DNA of 64,000 bases from positions 17,472-81,471 of the forward strand of contig NZ_JBALWB010000006.1 in assembly GCF_036960155.1 (NCBI RefSeq). The letters run 5' to 3'. Shown piece after piece: positions 8,947 through 20,748 of the stretch; the first letter of the stretch is position 1; each line of letters opens with the position of its first letter. This DNA comes from Sulfitobacter sp. (lineage in GTDB: Bacteria > Pseudomonadota > Alphaproteobacteria > Rhodobacterales > Rhodobacteraceae). Both the position numbers and the translations under genes were made by a program. The notes beneath the pieces were generated by a model. It did no database searches. It was not told the DNA's origin and worked only from the letters and a program-made list of their open reading frames with translations.

Positions 8947-10612
8947 AGACCGTGTGAAAACTCAGACCAGTGGCCGAAGCTCTGCCTGTAGCCTCGGATT
9001 TCCCATTCTTGCTACACTCGCACCGGACGGAGGCCCAAAGGCCACCTTTGAACGGTTTCAGGCAATCTAAAAGCAGTTTTTGCGGGGGGATTGGCCCTAT
9101 TCCGCCAAAATTTGCTGGGTGCGGCGATCAAACCCTTCACACCCACCTGATTCAACGCACGTCGGATGTTGTAAGCGAGCGCGGTCAGACCGAACTCGCC
9201 GCGAACGTTTTCTAAACGACGCATCAGGCACGCACTCTGGTTCATGGATTGCTTGATCGTACCAAAGGGATGTTCAACGGTGTTGCGCCGTTGGGTCAGT
9301 ATTTCTGGATTTTCTCGGAGCCGCTTTGCTATCGGTTCAAGAACCGCGTCCCCTTCATTTCGCGTCACTGTTCGGTAAGTACCCTTGGTGCATTTTGATA
9401 GCCTCGGGCATCCTGCGCAGGCTTTAACATCGCAATAGTCCAGTTTGACGTTCGTGCGCACAAGTGAGCGTCGTCCAAGCATCAGTTCTTTCCCTCAGGG
9501 CAGACCTAAACGTCTTTTCGGGATCGTAGGTAAATTCTTCTCTTCAGATAAGACCCGCTGCCACGGCTGAGCCGCGCAGAGGTTTGGGGACATACGCCTC
9601 AATTCCTCGAGCGTCGCATTCTGTGATGTCCTCAATCTGGAAGTAGCCCTTGTCGGCAACGGCCTTGATCTCTGTGACACCCAAGTTCTGCATTGTCGCT
9701 GCCGTTGTCTCGGCGAGAAAGCCATAGTCAAGAACCCGGTTGTGAACCTGTTGTTCAGCGATCAATTTGTGTTTGGTATCGACGGCAATCTGAATGTTGT
9801 AGCCCACACCAACCTTCGTCATGCGTGCCATGGCTCTGCTATCGGGATCTGTCTGTGATATTTGAGTTTCGCCGCTGTGCTCCAGGGTTTGAAGATGTGC
9901 GATCAAACGGTCTCGCTTGCCTTTGATCGCGTCGATCTTACCCCGTAGATCGCCCAACTTAGGGCTGCCAGTTGTGATGCTGTCTGCGCAATCTGTCTGA
10001 TCCAGTTCGTTCAGGTATCGTTCAAGACGTTCGTCACTTTGCAGGATGTGCTTTGCCAAAGATCTTTGGCAAAGTTGCGGTTCTTGTTGTTCACAGCCTT
10101 GATCCGGGTTCCATCAACTGCAAGAAGTTTGCGACCGTACAGGTTAAGCTCCCGACACAAAACAACAAACTGGCGGAAGACTTTTCGAAAGGCGGCGCGG
10201 TTTATCCGTCGAAAGTCAGCGATTGTTTTGAAGTCTGGCTTGAGCTGGCGCATCACCAAATGACTTCGATGTTGCGATAGGTTTCCACTTCAAGGTGTCA
10301 ACTTGGGCGAACCCGGTTCAAATAACCATAGATGTAGAGCTTCAGCAGATCCTTTGATCATATCCAGGCCGACCTGTCGATTTTGGGTGCGCGCGTTGGA
10401 AACCAAAATGAGAAATATCTGGGCCATCTGCAAAGGCTTCTATGAACCGGGCTGGGTTTTCCGGACCGACATAGTCATCCACAGTCTCGGGCAAAAGCAG
10501 AAGCTGGGATCGCGATATTTCTGAAATATGTGACATAGGAAAGTGTACCACCAAGGCGGAATTCTGTGAATCCCCGATGCACCCTAAAACTCAAGAAGTT
10601 TTCTGACAGTCT
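8947..10612 (-). mobile_element. IS1182-family element with fragmented transposase
   Basis: Fragments MSHISEISRSQLLLLPETVDDYVGPENPARFI (ATG 10536), MRQLKPDFKTIADFRR, LAVDGTRIKA, VADKGY, RRNTVEHPFGTIK across several frames; imperfect ends agaccgtgtgaaaact / agactgtcagaaaact. Confidence 0.85.
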
Positions 10613-10801
10613 CCATGATGTTTGCAACACCATGGAGATGTCATGAAGACAAGGTCACTGGGGCGGTGCACAAATCAGATGCAGAACTAACCGTGCTATG
10701 ACTACCAAATTCTCTTGTTCAGCGAACTAATTTGAGGCTCGACTTACTGACTTTTGGGTCAGGGGCTCACTGTTCCGTTGCAGTGCGGCGTACGACACCA
10801 A

Positions 10802-10825
10802 GGGTGGAAAGCCGACATTCGCTGC
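10802..10825 (+). repeat. Dispersed 24-bp motif, copy D
   Basis: gggtgg-aaagcc-gacattcgctgc followed by ..ggtctgctatgcgg. Confidence 0.4.
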
Positions 10826-11073
10826 GCTCCGCGCCGGGGTCTGCTATGCGGGCTGTACTGCCGTCGCGGGTAAAACCAAGATGGTGACTTTTGATGTAAA
10901 GAGGCTCTTGGCAGCAGCTGGCAGTGCTGCATTGGGCTCTGCCAAAGCAAGCGCGGGCAAAGGCAGGCAGTATCTTGCACTACCGGAATTCAAGATGCAG
11001 ATCAGGGCCCGCCCTCAAATTCAAGTCTGCATGAATTTCATTTGTTGCAGGGAGTGTACTCCATTTAGGACGC

Positions 11074-12072
11074 CTAGCGTAAAGCATTCAGGCGGCCAAG
11101 AACATCCAGTCCCTGACCCTTCAGCCAGTGAAGTAAGTCGATAAATACCCAATTTTCTGAGAGTTTGTCACCACCACGGCGATAGATGTCGACCACACGG
11201 AATTCACCGGCTTTGCCGGTTGCAGGCAAACCCATAAAGCCGCCTGTTGCCGTGGCTGTGAAATTGGGCCACCCAAAGAAACCACCGAATTCACCTTCGG
11301 CGAGGCGGCACAAATGCCCTGTGCCTGTGCGATTTGTGAAACTGGCGCGGAAGGGGCCTGCGTGTTGTTCGGCGTAGCGCTCGATTGTATAGGTGGCGCC
11401 GACACCAGCGGGACCCCACCAGATCATATCATCGTTCCAAGTGCGGGCCAGTTCCTCCACCAGCGGCAGGCCCGATTGCCAAGTGCCTAGATCGTTGATC
11501 ATCGCATTGATCACAGCGAGGGTTTTCTCGCCCTCTGCCGCGTCTTGTGCAACGTCCATGCGGCCTGTGTGGGTTACAGGGCCAGGTTGGATCAAATGTG
11601 CGGCTGTCTGAGGCGGGAAGGGGTTTACGCCTGCTTGGACCATGAGGTGTGGGATGTCGCAAAACAGGGCCGTCTCGATAATCTTGCCGTTATCGACCTT
11701 TGAAAATTCGGCGTAACGTAGGAAAGTCATTTTGCGTGTCGCTGGGATGCCAAGCCAAGGCGCATCATGCAGTCCCATAAGATGGCCCATTGAAACGACC
11801 CAAATGGATTGGAAGTCATCCATCTGGTTGCGCCCAGCCATAAAGATATCCTCGCGCCGCGTGAGGGACGTAAGCGCGGTTTTAAGCGGAGACCAGAAGG
11901 CGTCGGCCACCTCTTGCGCGCCATTGCGAATGTCGAATGGATGCATGCCTCGCCAGAGGTAGTCGGCGGCCGAATGAACCGCCAACACGGCTGCCACAGC
12001 ATTGGGGGAAGCGGCGTCCACGGCTGCTTGATAAGCGCGGACAACGGCTTTTGCGTCTTGGAACTCTGACAT
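11074..12072 (-). CDS. Tandem SnoaL/NTF2-fold (ester-cyclase-like) protein 1
   Basis: Two repeats of the fold; WWGPAGVG and DIYRR..KLSENWVFIDLL motifs shared with 17943..18968. Confidence 0.85.
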   Translation of the reverse strand: MSEFQDAKAVVRAYQAAVDAASPNAVAAVLAVHSAADYLWRGMHPFDIRNGAQEVADAFWSPLKTALTSLTRREDIFMAGRNQMDDFQSIWVVSMGHLMGLHDAPWLGIPATRKMTFLRYAEFSKVDNGKIIETALFCDIPHLMVQAGVNPFPPQTAAHLIQPGPVTHTGRMDVAQDAAEGEKTLAVINAMINDLGTWQSGLPLVEELARTWNDDMIWWGPAGVGATYTIERYAEQHAGPFRASFTNRTGTGHLCRLAEGEFGGFFGWPNFTATATGGFMGLPATGKAGEFRVVDIYRRGGDKLSENWVFIDLLHWLKGQGLDVLGRLNALR

Positions 12073-12075
12073 GAA

Positions 12076-12957
12076 TTACCCTTTTACAGCGCCTGCGGTG
12101 AGGCCACTGACGATTTGGCGTTGGAAAAACAGGATGAGGACAAAGAGCGGTGCGGTGGCCGAGACAACTGCTGCGACAGCGAACATCACGTTCCCTTCAA
12201 CTTGGGTAGAGCCGAGGAAGCTGGCGATTTTTGGTATCATCGTCTGGTTCTCTTGATTGAGCAACAGGGCCGTCACGGTGAAGTCATTGTATGCCAGCAG
12301 GAAGGAGAACAACCCTGTGGTGATCACACCGGGCCACATGACGGGTACGATGACATGGCGGAACGCTTGGAACCGCGTGCAGCCATCAACCATTGCGCTT
12401 TCGTCCAGATCCTTTGGGATGTTGAGAAAGAAGGAATGCAGCATCCAGAGTGTGAAGGGCTGGTTGATCGCAACAAGGACCACGATGGTGGTGGGGATAT
12501 GCCCCCAAAGGTTCCACTCGAAGAAAGGTAAGAGGTAGCCGGAGACCAGAGTAATATGTGGCATTGCGCGGAACACCAGTGCCAGCATCAGCAGCCAGAA
12601 GGCATAGCGGTAGCCAGAGCGTGCAAGGGCATAGCCACCAAGCGTCCCGAGTGTCAGCGAGATGATAACAGTGAAGAAGACGATGATGCCCGTGTTGAGG
12701 GCCGCGCGCCAGAATTCCTTTTCGATCCATGCACCTTCATAGCCTGCGCCTGTGAAGGGACCGCCTGTTTCTATCACCGTGCGGGTGCCCCACAGCGCAT
12801 TCATCCAATCCGCTTTGGAAAAGAAATCGCCTTGAACTTTGAATGAGCCCCAAAGGGTCCAGAGAAATGGGAAGGCCGCGATCACGATCCATGCCAACAC
12901 AAGGACGGAGGAGATGAGGGCCAGTGGGGTCGAGCGGCGTTTGGATGCGATTGCCAT
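12076..12957 (-). CDS. Carbohydrate (CUT1) ABC permease
   Basis: EAA loop IPKDLDESAMVDGCTRFQAF; multiple TM helices. Confidence 0.95.
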   Translation of the reverse strand: MAIASKRRSTPLALISSVLVLAWIVIAAFPFLWTLWGSFKVQGDFFSKADWMNALWGTRTVIETGGPFTGAGYEGAWIEKEFWRAALNTGIIVFFTVIISLTLGTLGGYALARSGYRYAFWLLMLALVFRAMPHITLVSGYLLPFFEWNLWGHIPTTIVVLVAINQPFTLWMLHSFFLNIPKDLDESAMVDGCTRFQAFRHVIVPVMWPGVITTGLFSFLLAYNDFTVTALLLNQENQTMIPKIASFLGSTQVEGNVMFAVAAVVSATAPLFVLILFFQRQIVSGLTAGAVKG

Positions 12958-12960
12958 AGG

Positions 12961-13989
12961 TTACACCGCCTTGCGGTTAAAGTCGCGCCATGTGCGGATC
13001 AGCACGGGCGTCAGGAGGATCGCTACACCGAACACGGTGAGCATGGAGGTCGCGGCGGCGGAGGCATATTGCGCGTTATCGCCTAATAGATCGCCATAAA
13101 TTTCGGTGGAAAGGGACGAGGCATTGGCCTGTGCGGAGAAGCCGATGATCGGCTCGAACACACGAAAATTATCCATCAGCTGGATCAGCGCGACAAAAAC
13201 AAATAGCGGACCCATGTAGGGGATCACAACATAGCGAATACGCTCCCATCGGCTGGCCCCGTCGATCATGGCCGCCTCAAGCGTCTCTTCGGGCACAGTT
13301 TGAAGGCCTGCGTAGAAGACAACAAAGGCGAAGGGGATGCCGTGCCAGACACCATAGGTGAATAGGGTGAGCCAAGTAAGTAACGGCGATGCTTTAAGCG
13401 ACAGGGCAGGGTCGTTGAATATATATTGCAGAGCTTTGCCAAGAATGCCGTCCGCGTCGATCATCCAGTAAAGGATCAGCGAACCGATCAACGGTGTCAC
13501 GATCATCGGCAGGAGCGAGATAAAGATCGTAGGCCCTTTGAGCAATTTAGGCAGACCGTTCACACCCAGGGCAACAGCCAGCCCGAAGAGGATAACAAGC
13601 GGCGTGACGACTGCGGTATAGGCAAGGGTAAAGGCGAGCGCTTTGTAGAAAGGCAGGTTCATGACACGGGAAAAGAACGCCCCCCAGCTGTCGGCACCTG
13701 ACCATGCAGCAGATATCTCGGCGGTGGCGAGGTGGCCGCGGTCCACATAGGTGCCAAAGCCGTTGAACCTACCCAAAGGAGCGGCCTCTTTGAGCTTGGC
13801 GGAAGCCTCGACATCTACGGAGGTGCTCTGCTTGCAGCCGAAGGGGCCGCAGTTCTCGGACGTGACGAGGATTTGTTCATGTTCGACGTGAAGGGACTGC
13901 ACAATCACGGAGACAAGCGGGAAGGCGATGAACAGGAGCATCGCAAGGGCGGAAGGCAGGATGAACCAGAAAAAGGTGCGATGGGGCAT
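12961..13989 (-). CDS. Carbohydrate (CUT1) ABC permease
   Basis: EAA loop LQTVPEETLEAAMIDGASRWERIRYV. Confidence 0.95.
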   Translation of the reverse strand: MPHRTFFWFILPSALAMLLFIAFPLVSVIVQSLHVEHEQILVTSENCGPFGCKQSTSVDVEASAKLKEAAPLGRFNGFGTYVDRGHLATAEISAAWSGADSWGAFFSRVMNLPFYKALAFTLAYTAVVTPLVILFGLAVALGVNGLPKLLKGPTIFISLLPMIVTPLIGSLILYWMIDADGILGKALQYIFNDPALSLKASPLLTWLTLFTYGVWHGIPFAFVVFYAGLQTVPEETLEAAMIDGASRWERIRYVVIPYMGPLFVFVALIQLMDNFRVFEPIIGFSAQANASSLSTEIYGDLLGDNAQYASAAATSMLTVFGVAILLTPVLIRTWRDFNRKAV

Positions 13990-14041
13990 CAGCTTCGACC
14001 TAACAATTTATGAAAACGGCAATTTGTGAGAACGCTTAGTT

Positions 14042-14073
14042 GTTCGGGGGTGACTTGAGGCTCACCCCCGAAC
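14042..14073. terminator. Perfect 12-bp hairpin after the solute-binding-protein gene (terminator or mRNA stabiliser)
   Basis: gttcgggggtga-N8-tcacccccgaac. Confidence 0.7.
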
Positions 14074-14081
14074 TATTTGAT

Positions 14082-15320
14082 TTACTGCAAGAAGCCTTGC
14101 TCTTTTGCGGAGGTTGTATAGGCGGCAACCACATCAGCCAACGCCTGTTCTGCACTCTCGGAGCCTTGCAAGAACTCGGCGAGGTTGTCACCCAATGCGG
14201 AGTGCATCAGGCCAACGTAGGGCAGCATCGGGTAAGGGTTTGCACCGCCTTCGGCCGACGCGATCACACCGGCCGATGCAGGCGTGGCTACATATGCGGG
14301 GTTGAGCCATACAGCTGCGTCTTGGTTTGCTTTGACTACATCCTCGCCCAGGCCAATCATCATCGCCTGAAAGCTTGCGGCTGCATCTTCATCAGATACG
14401 TTGGACGCAATGGTGAAGCCATCCCACCAAAGAGTTGTCGCTGGTGTCGCACCGCCGCCAAGTGTGGGGGCTGCTGCCAGAACGGTTGTGCTTACAACGT
14501 CCTCCGAGGAACCTTCATTGTCCAGAACTGCTGCGCCGCGAGAGCCCCACATGACGGAAAGGGCAGTATCGCCCGCTTCCCAAAGTGCTTGTGTCGCGTT
14601 GGAATCGAACGTGAGGTAGTCTGGATTAGAATATTCTGTTAGGCTTTTGAGCATGTTAAGCGCTGCAACGCCGCTTTCGTTCTCGATTGCCGGCACGGCA
14701 CTGCCTGCCTCAAACAACTCACCGCCAGTACCCATGTACATGTTGATGAATTCCTCTGCGAGGTTCCAGCCTGCACCAGTATTCAGAGCAACAGGATGCT
14801 CCATGATGCCTGCTGCGCGAATTGCCTCGGCTGCGGCGACAACTTCTTCATAGGAAGTGGGCACTGCAACACCGGCTTTTTCCAGTACATCGGAGCGGTA
14901 GAAGAGGTGCTGTGCGTTGGCCATAAAGGCAACAGCCATGACTTTGCCGTCAACAGTCACTTTGTTCACGCTGGGCAGATCAGGCGCGTATTGGGCGATC
15001 AGGTCATCAAGCGGGCGCACAAGCCCGTCATTGAGAAGGGCCACGATGGAAGAGTTCGCAACCACTGCGACGCTATATTCCGCTGGTGTGCCGCTCATGC
15101 CGGGTGCGTTAAGGGTTTGGTGCTCTTTTGTCATGTTTGCAGTGACGGTGAGGCCGTCGCCTGCGCATGCTTTTGCGACATCCGTGATGGCGTGGATTGC
15201 AGGGAAATCATTGGCGATGATCGATACGTTGCCTGCGCCGATACCGCAGCCTGCTATTGCTGTGGTGCCTGAAAGAACGGCGAATACCGTACCCAGAGCT
15301 GCTGTTTTAAACATGTTCAT
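14082..15320 (-). CDS. ABC extracellular solute-binding protein (family 1)
   Basis: Signal peptide MNMFKTAALGTVFAVLSGTTAIA; LFYRSDVLEKAGVAVPTSYEE motif. Confidence 0.95.
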   Translation of the reverse strand: MNMFKTAALGTVFAVLSGTTAIAGCGIGAGNVSIIANDFPAIHAITDVAKACAGDGLTVTANMTKEHQTLNAPGMSGTPAEYSVAVVANSSIVALLNDGLVRPLDDLIAQYAPDLPSVNKVTVDGKVMAVAFMANAQHLFYRSDVLEKAGVAVPTSYEEVVAAAEAIRAAGIMEHPVALNTGAGWNLAEEFINMYMGTGGELFEAGSAVPAIENESGVAALNMLKSLTEYSNPDYLTFDSNATQALWEAGDTALSVMWGSRGAAVLDNEGSSEDVVSTTVLAAAPTLGGGATPATTLWWDGFTIASNVSDEDAAASFQAMMIGLGEDVVKANQDAAVWLNPAYVATPASAGVIASAEGGANPYPMLPYVGLMHSALGDNLAEFLQGSESAEQALADVVAAYTTSAKEQGFLQ

Positions 15321-15426
15321 GAAGTTCTATCCCTATCGTATCGGCGCTCAATCCTCGAAAGGCGGGGCCGTTGATTATAGTTGCCGACAATCGTTGGCGT
15401 TGTGGTCTGACGAATCGAGTGCCGTC

Positions 15427-15564
15427 TGCATACGTGTGCAATTTAATCCGCAAACGGGATCGTTAAGCAAGTCTTTTCTCACCAATTCGAATATATGCAA
15501 TAGCTTATAAAAAAGAGTTGCATCGTAAAAGGAATGCTGCATTTATTGAATGCAAACGTATGCA
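15427..15564. promoter_or_regulatory. Two LacI-type operators TGCA-n-ACGT-n-TGCA
   Basis: tgcatacgtgtgca at 15427-15440 and tgcaaacgtatgca at 15551-15564, between divergent operons. Confidence 0.7.
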
Positions 15565-15576
15565 AGGAGATGTGCA

Positions 15577-16617
15577 ATGGCGGAAGTCCAACTCCGTAAT
15601 ATTTCGAAAAAGTGGGGTGATTTTGTCGGCGTTGCTGACTTTGACCTGACCATTGCAGACCGTGAATTTCTGGTTTTGCTTGGGCCGTCTGGCTGCGGCA
15701 AGACGACGACCATGCGCATGATTGCAGGGCTTGAAGAGGCCTCAGGTGGGGACATTCTGATTGATGGCAAGCGCGTCAATGATCTTGATCCCAAAGACCG
15801 CGATGTTGCGATGGTTTTTCAGAGCTATGCGCTCTATCCGAACATGGATGTGTACGAAAATATCCGCTTCCCACTCAAGGTGCGTGGCATTCCGAAAGAA
15901 GAGCATGACGACCGTGTGCGCCGCGCCAGTGCGATGGTAGAGCTTGATGAATTCCTGCACCGTCGCCCTGCCGAGTTGTCGGGTGGCCAGCGCCAGCGCG
16001 TGGCCTTAGCCCGTGCAATTGTGCGTGAGCCGAACGTGTTTTTGATGGATGAGCCGCTGTCTAATTTGGATGCAAAGCTGCGCGTGTCCACCCGTGCCCA
16101 GATCAAAAACCTGAGCCATGAACTCAAGGTCACTACTATCTATGTGACCCATGACCAAATTGAGGCGATGACCCTTGCTGACCGCGTGGTGGTTATGAAC
16201 AAAGGTGTTGTGCAGCAGGTCGGCTCACCTACGGAAATCTATGATCGTCCGGCAAATGCATTCGTGGCCAGTTTTATCGGTAGCCCTGCGATGAACCTCG
16301 TCGAGGGGGCTTTGAAAAGCGGTACATTCACCGCGCCGAATGTAGAGATTAAAGGGCTGACGGGGCCTGATGGTCCCGCAACGCTAGGTTTTCGGGCGGA
16401 GGATGCCACGGCGTCAGAGGCGGGGCAGATCACTGCGCCGATCTATGCGCTTGAGCTGTTGGGTGATGCCACGATGATCACGGTGAAATCGGGCGGTGCG
16501 TTGGTGTCGGTAAAGGCGCATAAAGATTTTCGAGCCAAGATTGGTGCCACTTTTGTTGCCACTGTTCCCGCCGATATGTGCCACTTGTTTCACAGCGAAA
16601 CTGGCGAACGTCTTTAA
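15577..16617 (+). CDS. ABC ATP-binding protein (UgpC/MalK-like)
   Basis: GPSGCGKTT, LSGGQRQR, FLMDEPLSNLD; start MAEVQ at 15577. Confidence 0.97.
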   Translation: MAEVQLRNISKKWGDFVGVADFDLTIADREFLVLLGPSGCGKTTTMRMIAGLEEASGGDILIDGKRVNDLDPKDRDVAMVFQSYALYPNMDVYENIRFPLKVRGIPKEEHDDRVRRASAMVELDEFLHRRPAELSGGQRQRVALARAIVREPNVFLMDEPLSNLDAKLRVSTRAQIKNLSHELKVTTIYVTHDQIEAMTLADRVVVMNKGVVQQVGSPTEIYDRPANAFVASFIGSPAMNLVEGALKSGTFTAPNVEIKGLTGPDGPATLGFRAEDATASEAGQITAPIYALELLGDATMITVKSGGALVSVKAHKDFRAKIGATFVATVPADMCHLFHSETGERL

Positions 16618-16635
16618 TTTCCAAGGTAGACTGAA

Positions 16636-17946
16636 ATGACAATTACCCATCTGAAATCTGGCAAGCCTGAATCCGAGCGTGCCGAAGATGATGCAGCCGT
16701 ACGTAAAACGGTTGAAAGCACCCTGAGCGATATCGAAACACGCGGTGATGCTGCAATCCGTGAGCTGTCGGCCAAGTTTGACAAATACGAGCCTGCAAAC
16801 TTTCGCCTGACACCCTCTGAAATTGAGGCGGCAATGCAAAAGGTGAGCGCGCGGGACATGGAGGACATCAAGTTCGCCCAAACCCAAATCCGCACCTTCG
16901 CCGAAGCGCAACGTGCCAGCATGACTGACATCGAAATTGAAACCATGCCTGGTGTGATCTTGGGGCATAAGAATATACCTGTGCAATCTGTTGGTTGTTA
17001 CGTGCCGGGGGGTAAGTTTCCCATGGTGGCCTCTGCCCATATGTCGGTGCTGACGGCGACAGTTGCTGGCGTGCCGCGGATTGTGGCCTCTGCGCCGCCG
17101 ATGAATGGTGCGCCGCATCCTGCAATTGTCGCTGCAATGCAGTTGGGCGGCGCGCATGAAATTTACGTGCTGGGTGGGATGCAAGCGGTTGGTGCGATGG
17201 CAATTGGGACCGAGACGATTGAGCCGGTTCATATGCTTGTTGGTCCCGGCAACGCCTTTGTCGCTGAGGCAAAGCGCCAGCTGTTTGGCCGTGTGGGGAT
17301 CGACCTGTTTGCAGGCCCAACCGAGACGATGGTGATTGCGGACGATACTGTTGATGCAGAGCTGTGTGCGACGGATCTTTTGGGGCAGGCGGAGCATGGC
17401 TATAACTCACCTGCGTGTCTGATCACCACCAGCCGCAAGTTGGCCGAAGATACACTGGCCGAGATTGATCGTTTGTTGGAGATTTTGCCGACGCGGGAGA
17501 CGGCATCGGTGAGTTGGCGTGACTATGGCGATGTCATCGTGTGCGACACACACGCCGAAATGTTGCAGGTCGCCAATGATATGGCCTACGAGCACGTGCA
17601 GGTGATGACGGACCGTGATGACTGGTTCTTGGAAAATATGCACAGCTATGGTGCGCTGTTCTTGGGGCCACGTACCAATGTGGCAAATGGGGATAAGGTG
17701 ATTGGCACAAATCACACCCTGCCTACGAAGAAGGCGGGGCGCTATACAGGTGGTCTTTGGGTCGGAAAATTCCTGAAGACACACAGCTATCAGCGTATCA
17801 CCAGTGACGAGGCCGCAACCACCATCGGTGAATATGGCTCACGCCTGTGTATGCTCGAAGGGTTTGTCGGTCACGCCGAGCAATGTAATGTGCGCGTGCG
17901 CCGTTATGGCGGTAAGAATGTAGCTTACGGGGCAGCAGCAAAATGA
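16636..17946 (+). CDS. Histidinol-dehydrogenase paralog (HpsN-like clade), substrate unknown
   Basis: [51 protein letters not shown] (HisD has GDY); not in a his operon. Confidence 0.9.
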   Translation: MTITHLKSGKPESERAEDDAAVRKTVESTLSDIETRGDAAIRELSAKFDKYEPANFRLTPSEIEAAMQKVSARDMEDIKFAQTQIRTFAEAQRASMTDIEIETMPGVILGHKNIPVQSVGCYVPGGKFPMVASAHMSVLTATVAGVPRIVASAPPMNGAPHPAIVAAMQLGGAHEIYVLGGMQAVGAMAIGTETIEPVHMLVGPGNAFVAEAKRQLFGRVGIDLFAGPTETMVIADDTVDAELCATDLLGQAEHGYNSPACLITTSRKLAEDTLAEIDRLLEILPTRETASVSWRDYGDVIVCDTHAEMLQVANDMAYEHVQVMTDRDDWFLENMHSYGALFLGPRTNVANGDKVIGTNHTLPTKKAGRYTGGLWVGKFLKTHSYQRITSDEAATTIGEYGSRLCMLEGFVGHAEQCNVRVRRYGGKNVAYGAAAK

Positions 17947-18968
17947 CACTCCATACGGCATTGGTGCCGCTTCAAAAGGCGCTGGCGACCGCGACGGCTG
18001 ATGGTGTGCGCGACGCACTCAAGGTGATGACGCCTGATGCGGTGATCCACATGTGTCACCCGATTGGTGATGTTCTGGGTGCTGATGCCTATGAGCGGAT
18101 GTATGCACCGCTCCTCAATGCTATGCCCGACCTAGAGCGCCGGGATATGATCACGTTGACCAACACGACGCCCGAGGGTGAAGTGTGGGTTGGTTGTATG
18201 GGTAACTATATGGGCACGATGTTGCGCCCGTGGCTAGGCATTCCGCCGACGGGCCATCTGGTGCATATGCGCTATCACGAGTTTTTCCGCATCGAGGATA
18301 ACCACGTGACCCAAGCGCAGATTATCTGGGACATTCCCGAAGTGATGATGCAGGCAAACGCATGGCCGCTTGCCCCGCAGTTGGGTAAATACTTGGCGAC
18401 ACCTGCGCCCATGACGCAGGATGGTCTGACGGCTGATGGGGACGGCAGTGCCACTATGGCACATGTCATTGCGATGCTGACGGACCTGTGCAAATACCCT
18501 GCCGATCCTGACCCTGCTGTGATGAATTTGGACAAATACTGGCACCCGCGCAACAACTGGTACGGGCCTGCGGGCATCGGTACAGGGCGCGGGATCGCAG
18601 GATTTCGCAACTGGCACCAAATCCCGTTCCTAAAAGCCATGCCCGATCGCAAGCTTGATGCGATGGGGGACCTGATGTCGCAATGGTTTGCCCAAGGGGA
18701 TTACGTCTGTGAGACAGGTTGGCCCAACATGCGCCTAACCGTCAGTGAGGGTGAATGGATGGGATTGGCACCAGCGGGGCGCGAAATTCTGATGCGTTCA
18801 CTTGATTTCTGGCGCATGGAAGGTGATTTGATCCGCGAAAACTGGGTGCTGATTGACCTGCTGGATATCTACCGCCAGTTAGGGGTGGATGTGCTTGCCC
18901 GCATGGGCGAGTTTAACAAGGCCCGTAATCTGGGACCGATCACTCTTCCCGAAGGACAGTTTCAATGA
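17943..18968 (+). CDS. Tandem SnoaL/NTF2-fold protein 2
   Basis: WYGPAGIG; [20 protein letters not shown]; paralog of 11074..12072. Confidence 0.85.
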   Translation: MTLHTALVPLQKALATATADGVRDALKVMTPDAVIHMCHPIGDVLGADAYERMYAPLLNAMPDLERRDMITLTNTTPEGEVWVGCMGNYMGTMLRPWLGIPPTGHLVHMRYHEFFRIEDNHVTQAQIIWDIPEVMMQANAWPLAPQLGKYLATPAPMTQDGLTADGDGSATMAHVIAMLTDLCKYPADPDPAVMNLDKYWHPRNNWYGPAGIGTGRGIAGFRNWHQIPFLKAMPDRKLDAMGDLMSQWFAQGDYVCETGWPNMRLTVSEGEWMGLAPAGREILMRSLDFWRMEGDLIRENWVLIDLLDIYRQLGVDVLARMGEFNKARNLGPITLPEGQFQ

Positions 18969-19729
18969 CACTGCCACAAACACCCACGTTTCGCCTTGAG
19001 GGTAAGCGCGCGATGGTCACGGGGGCAAGTTCCGGCATTGGGCTGGCGGCTGCTGTGGCATTGGGGCAGGCGGGGGCGCATGTTGTTCTGGTCGCGCGCG
19101 GCGTTGAGGCGTTGGAGGCTGTGACCAAGCAGATGACAGCGGCGGGATATTCCGCACAAAGCTTGCCGCTGGATATAACTGACATTGCAGCAACGGAGGC
19201 GGCGGTAGCAGCGCATGGGCCGTTTGATGTGCTGGTGAACTCTGCCGGATTGGCGCGTCATTCACCCGCGCTTGAGACCACGCTTGAAGTCTATGACGCT
19301 GTTATGGAGGTGAATGTGCGTGCCGCATATTTCCTCACGCGCAATGTGGCTAAGGGGCTGATCGCTGCGGGCAAGGGCGGCAGCCTGATCAATCTGTCGT
19401 CCCAAATGGGACATGTGGGTGGCGTGGATCGCTCTGTCTATTGCGCGACGAAACATGCGCTGGAAGGCATGACCAAGGCAATGGCGATTGAGTGGGGGCC
19501 AAACGGCATCCGCGTGAATACGTTATGCCCGACATTCATTCGCACCCCGTTGGCCGAGCAGACCCTCGCCATCCCAGAGCGGCGCGCGTGGATTGAAAGC
19601 ATGATCAAACTAGGCCGCGTGGGCGAGATCGAAGATTTAATGGGACCGGTGGTATTTCTGGCCTCTGATGCATCGGCGCTGATGACAGGCACCAGCCTAT
19701 TGATTGATGGAGGTTGGACAGCTGATTGA
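18965..19729 (+). CDS. Short-chain dehydrogenase/reductase
   Basis: TGASSGIG, VNSAG, YCATK. Confidence 0.97.
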   Translation: MTLPQTPTFRLEGKRAMVTGASSGIGLAAAVALGQAGAHVVLVARGVEALEAVTKQMTAAGYSAQSLPLDITDIAATEAAVAAHGPFDVLVNSAGLARHSPALETTLEVYDAVMEVNVRAAYFLTRNVAKGLIAAGKGGSLINLSSQMGHVGGVDRSVYCATKHALEGMTKAMAIEWGPNGIRVNTLCPTFIRTPLAEQTLAIPERRAWIESMIKLGRVGEIEDLMGPVVFLASDASALMTGTSLLIDGGWTAD

Positions 19730-20748
19730 TGCCAGAAGGTAAAGTCACATCATTACATGTTGCACGCCGCGCTGGCGTGAGCCAATCGGCGGTGAGCCGT
19801 GTGTTTTCTGGCGCGTCAGCATCTCCTCAGACGGTGATCAAAGTGCGCAAAGCAGCAGAGTATCTGGGCTACCGCCCCAATCCGCTGGCCCGCGCGATGA
19901 TCACCGGAAAAAGCAAGATCATTGGTCTGGTGGTCGCCTATCTCGACAACCAGTTTTACCCGCTGGCATTGGAGCGTTTGTCTAATGCGCTTCAGGATCA
20001 AGGGTATCATGTGCTGGTATTTATGGCACCAAATGACGAGAACGCGGTTGAGAAGGTTGTGCATGATCTGATGGATTATCAGGTTGCGGGGATCATCACG
20101 GCCAGCGTTGGCATGACCAACGATCTGACGCGGCGCTGTGCGGATGCGGGTATTCCTGTGGTGATGTTTAACCGTGGGCAGGATGGTGGTGGAATTTCCT
20201 CTGTCACTTCGGCCAATGTTGCAGGGGGCGCGCAGATTGCGGATTTCTTGGCGGCGGGAGGGCACAAACGCATTGCGCATATCGCGGGTTGGGAAGGGTC
20301 CTCGACGGGACGTGACCGTGCGCGCGGATTCATCCAAGGTCTTGATCTGCATGGACTGGCCCCTGTGGCTGTGATTGATGGGCATTATGACCGCGAGATC
20401 GCCGCACAAGCGACACGTGACATTATGTCCGGGCCGCAACCCGCTGATGCAATATTTGTGGGGAATGACCATATGGCATTTGCCGTGATGGACACCTTGC
20501 GGGGTGAGTTGGGTCTGTCGGTGCCTGATGATGTGTCGGTTGTGGGATATGACGACGTGCCTTTGGCGGCTTGGGCGGCTTACGATCTTACCACGCTGCG
20601 TCAGCCGCTGAACCGGATGGTTGAGGCAACAGTCGATACGCTGCTGGGGCAGATTGCGGATGCAGAGCGCCCCTCCCAGAAAATTGAAATTGAAGGGCCT
20701 CTGATCCTGCGTAGATCAGCCAGAACACCGGAAGGATGGTCGCTATGA
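19729..20748 (+). CDS. LacI-family regulator
   Basis: VTSLHVARRAGVSQSAVSRVF..YRPNPLARAM; VSVVGYDD. Confidence 0.97.
   Translation: MPEGKVTSLHVARRAGVSQSAVSRVFSGASASPQTVIKVRKAAEYLGYRPNPLARAMITGKSKIIGLVVAYLDNQFYPLALERLSNALQDQGYHVLVFMAPNDENAVEKVVHDLMDYQVAGIITASVGMTNDLTRRCADAGIPVVMFNRGQDGGGISSVTSANVAGGAQIADFLAAGGHKRIAHIAGWEGSSTGRDRARGFIQGLDLHGLAPVAVIDGHYDREIAAQATRDIMSGPQPADAIFVGNDHMAFAVMDTLRGELGLSVPDDVSVVGYDDVPLAAWAAYDLTTLRQPLNRMVEATVDTLLGQIADAERPSQKIEIEGPLILRRSARTPEGWSL

Noticed and set aside
16636-17946. Calling the gene hisD or hpsN
   Set aside because: No his genes and no hpsKLM/OP-type context; GDK instead of GDY argues against HisD; identity to HpsN cannot be established by eye.
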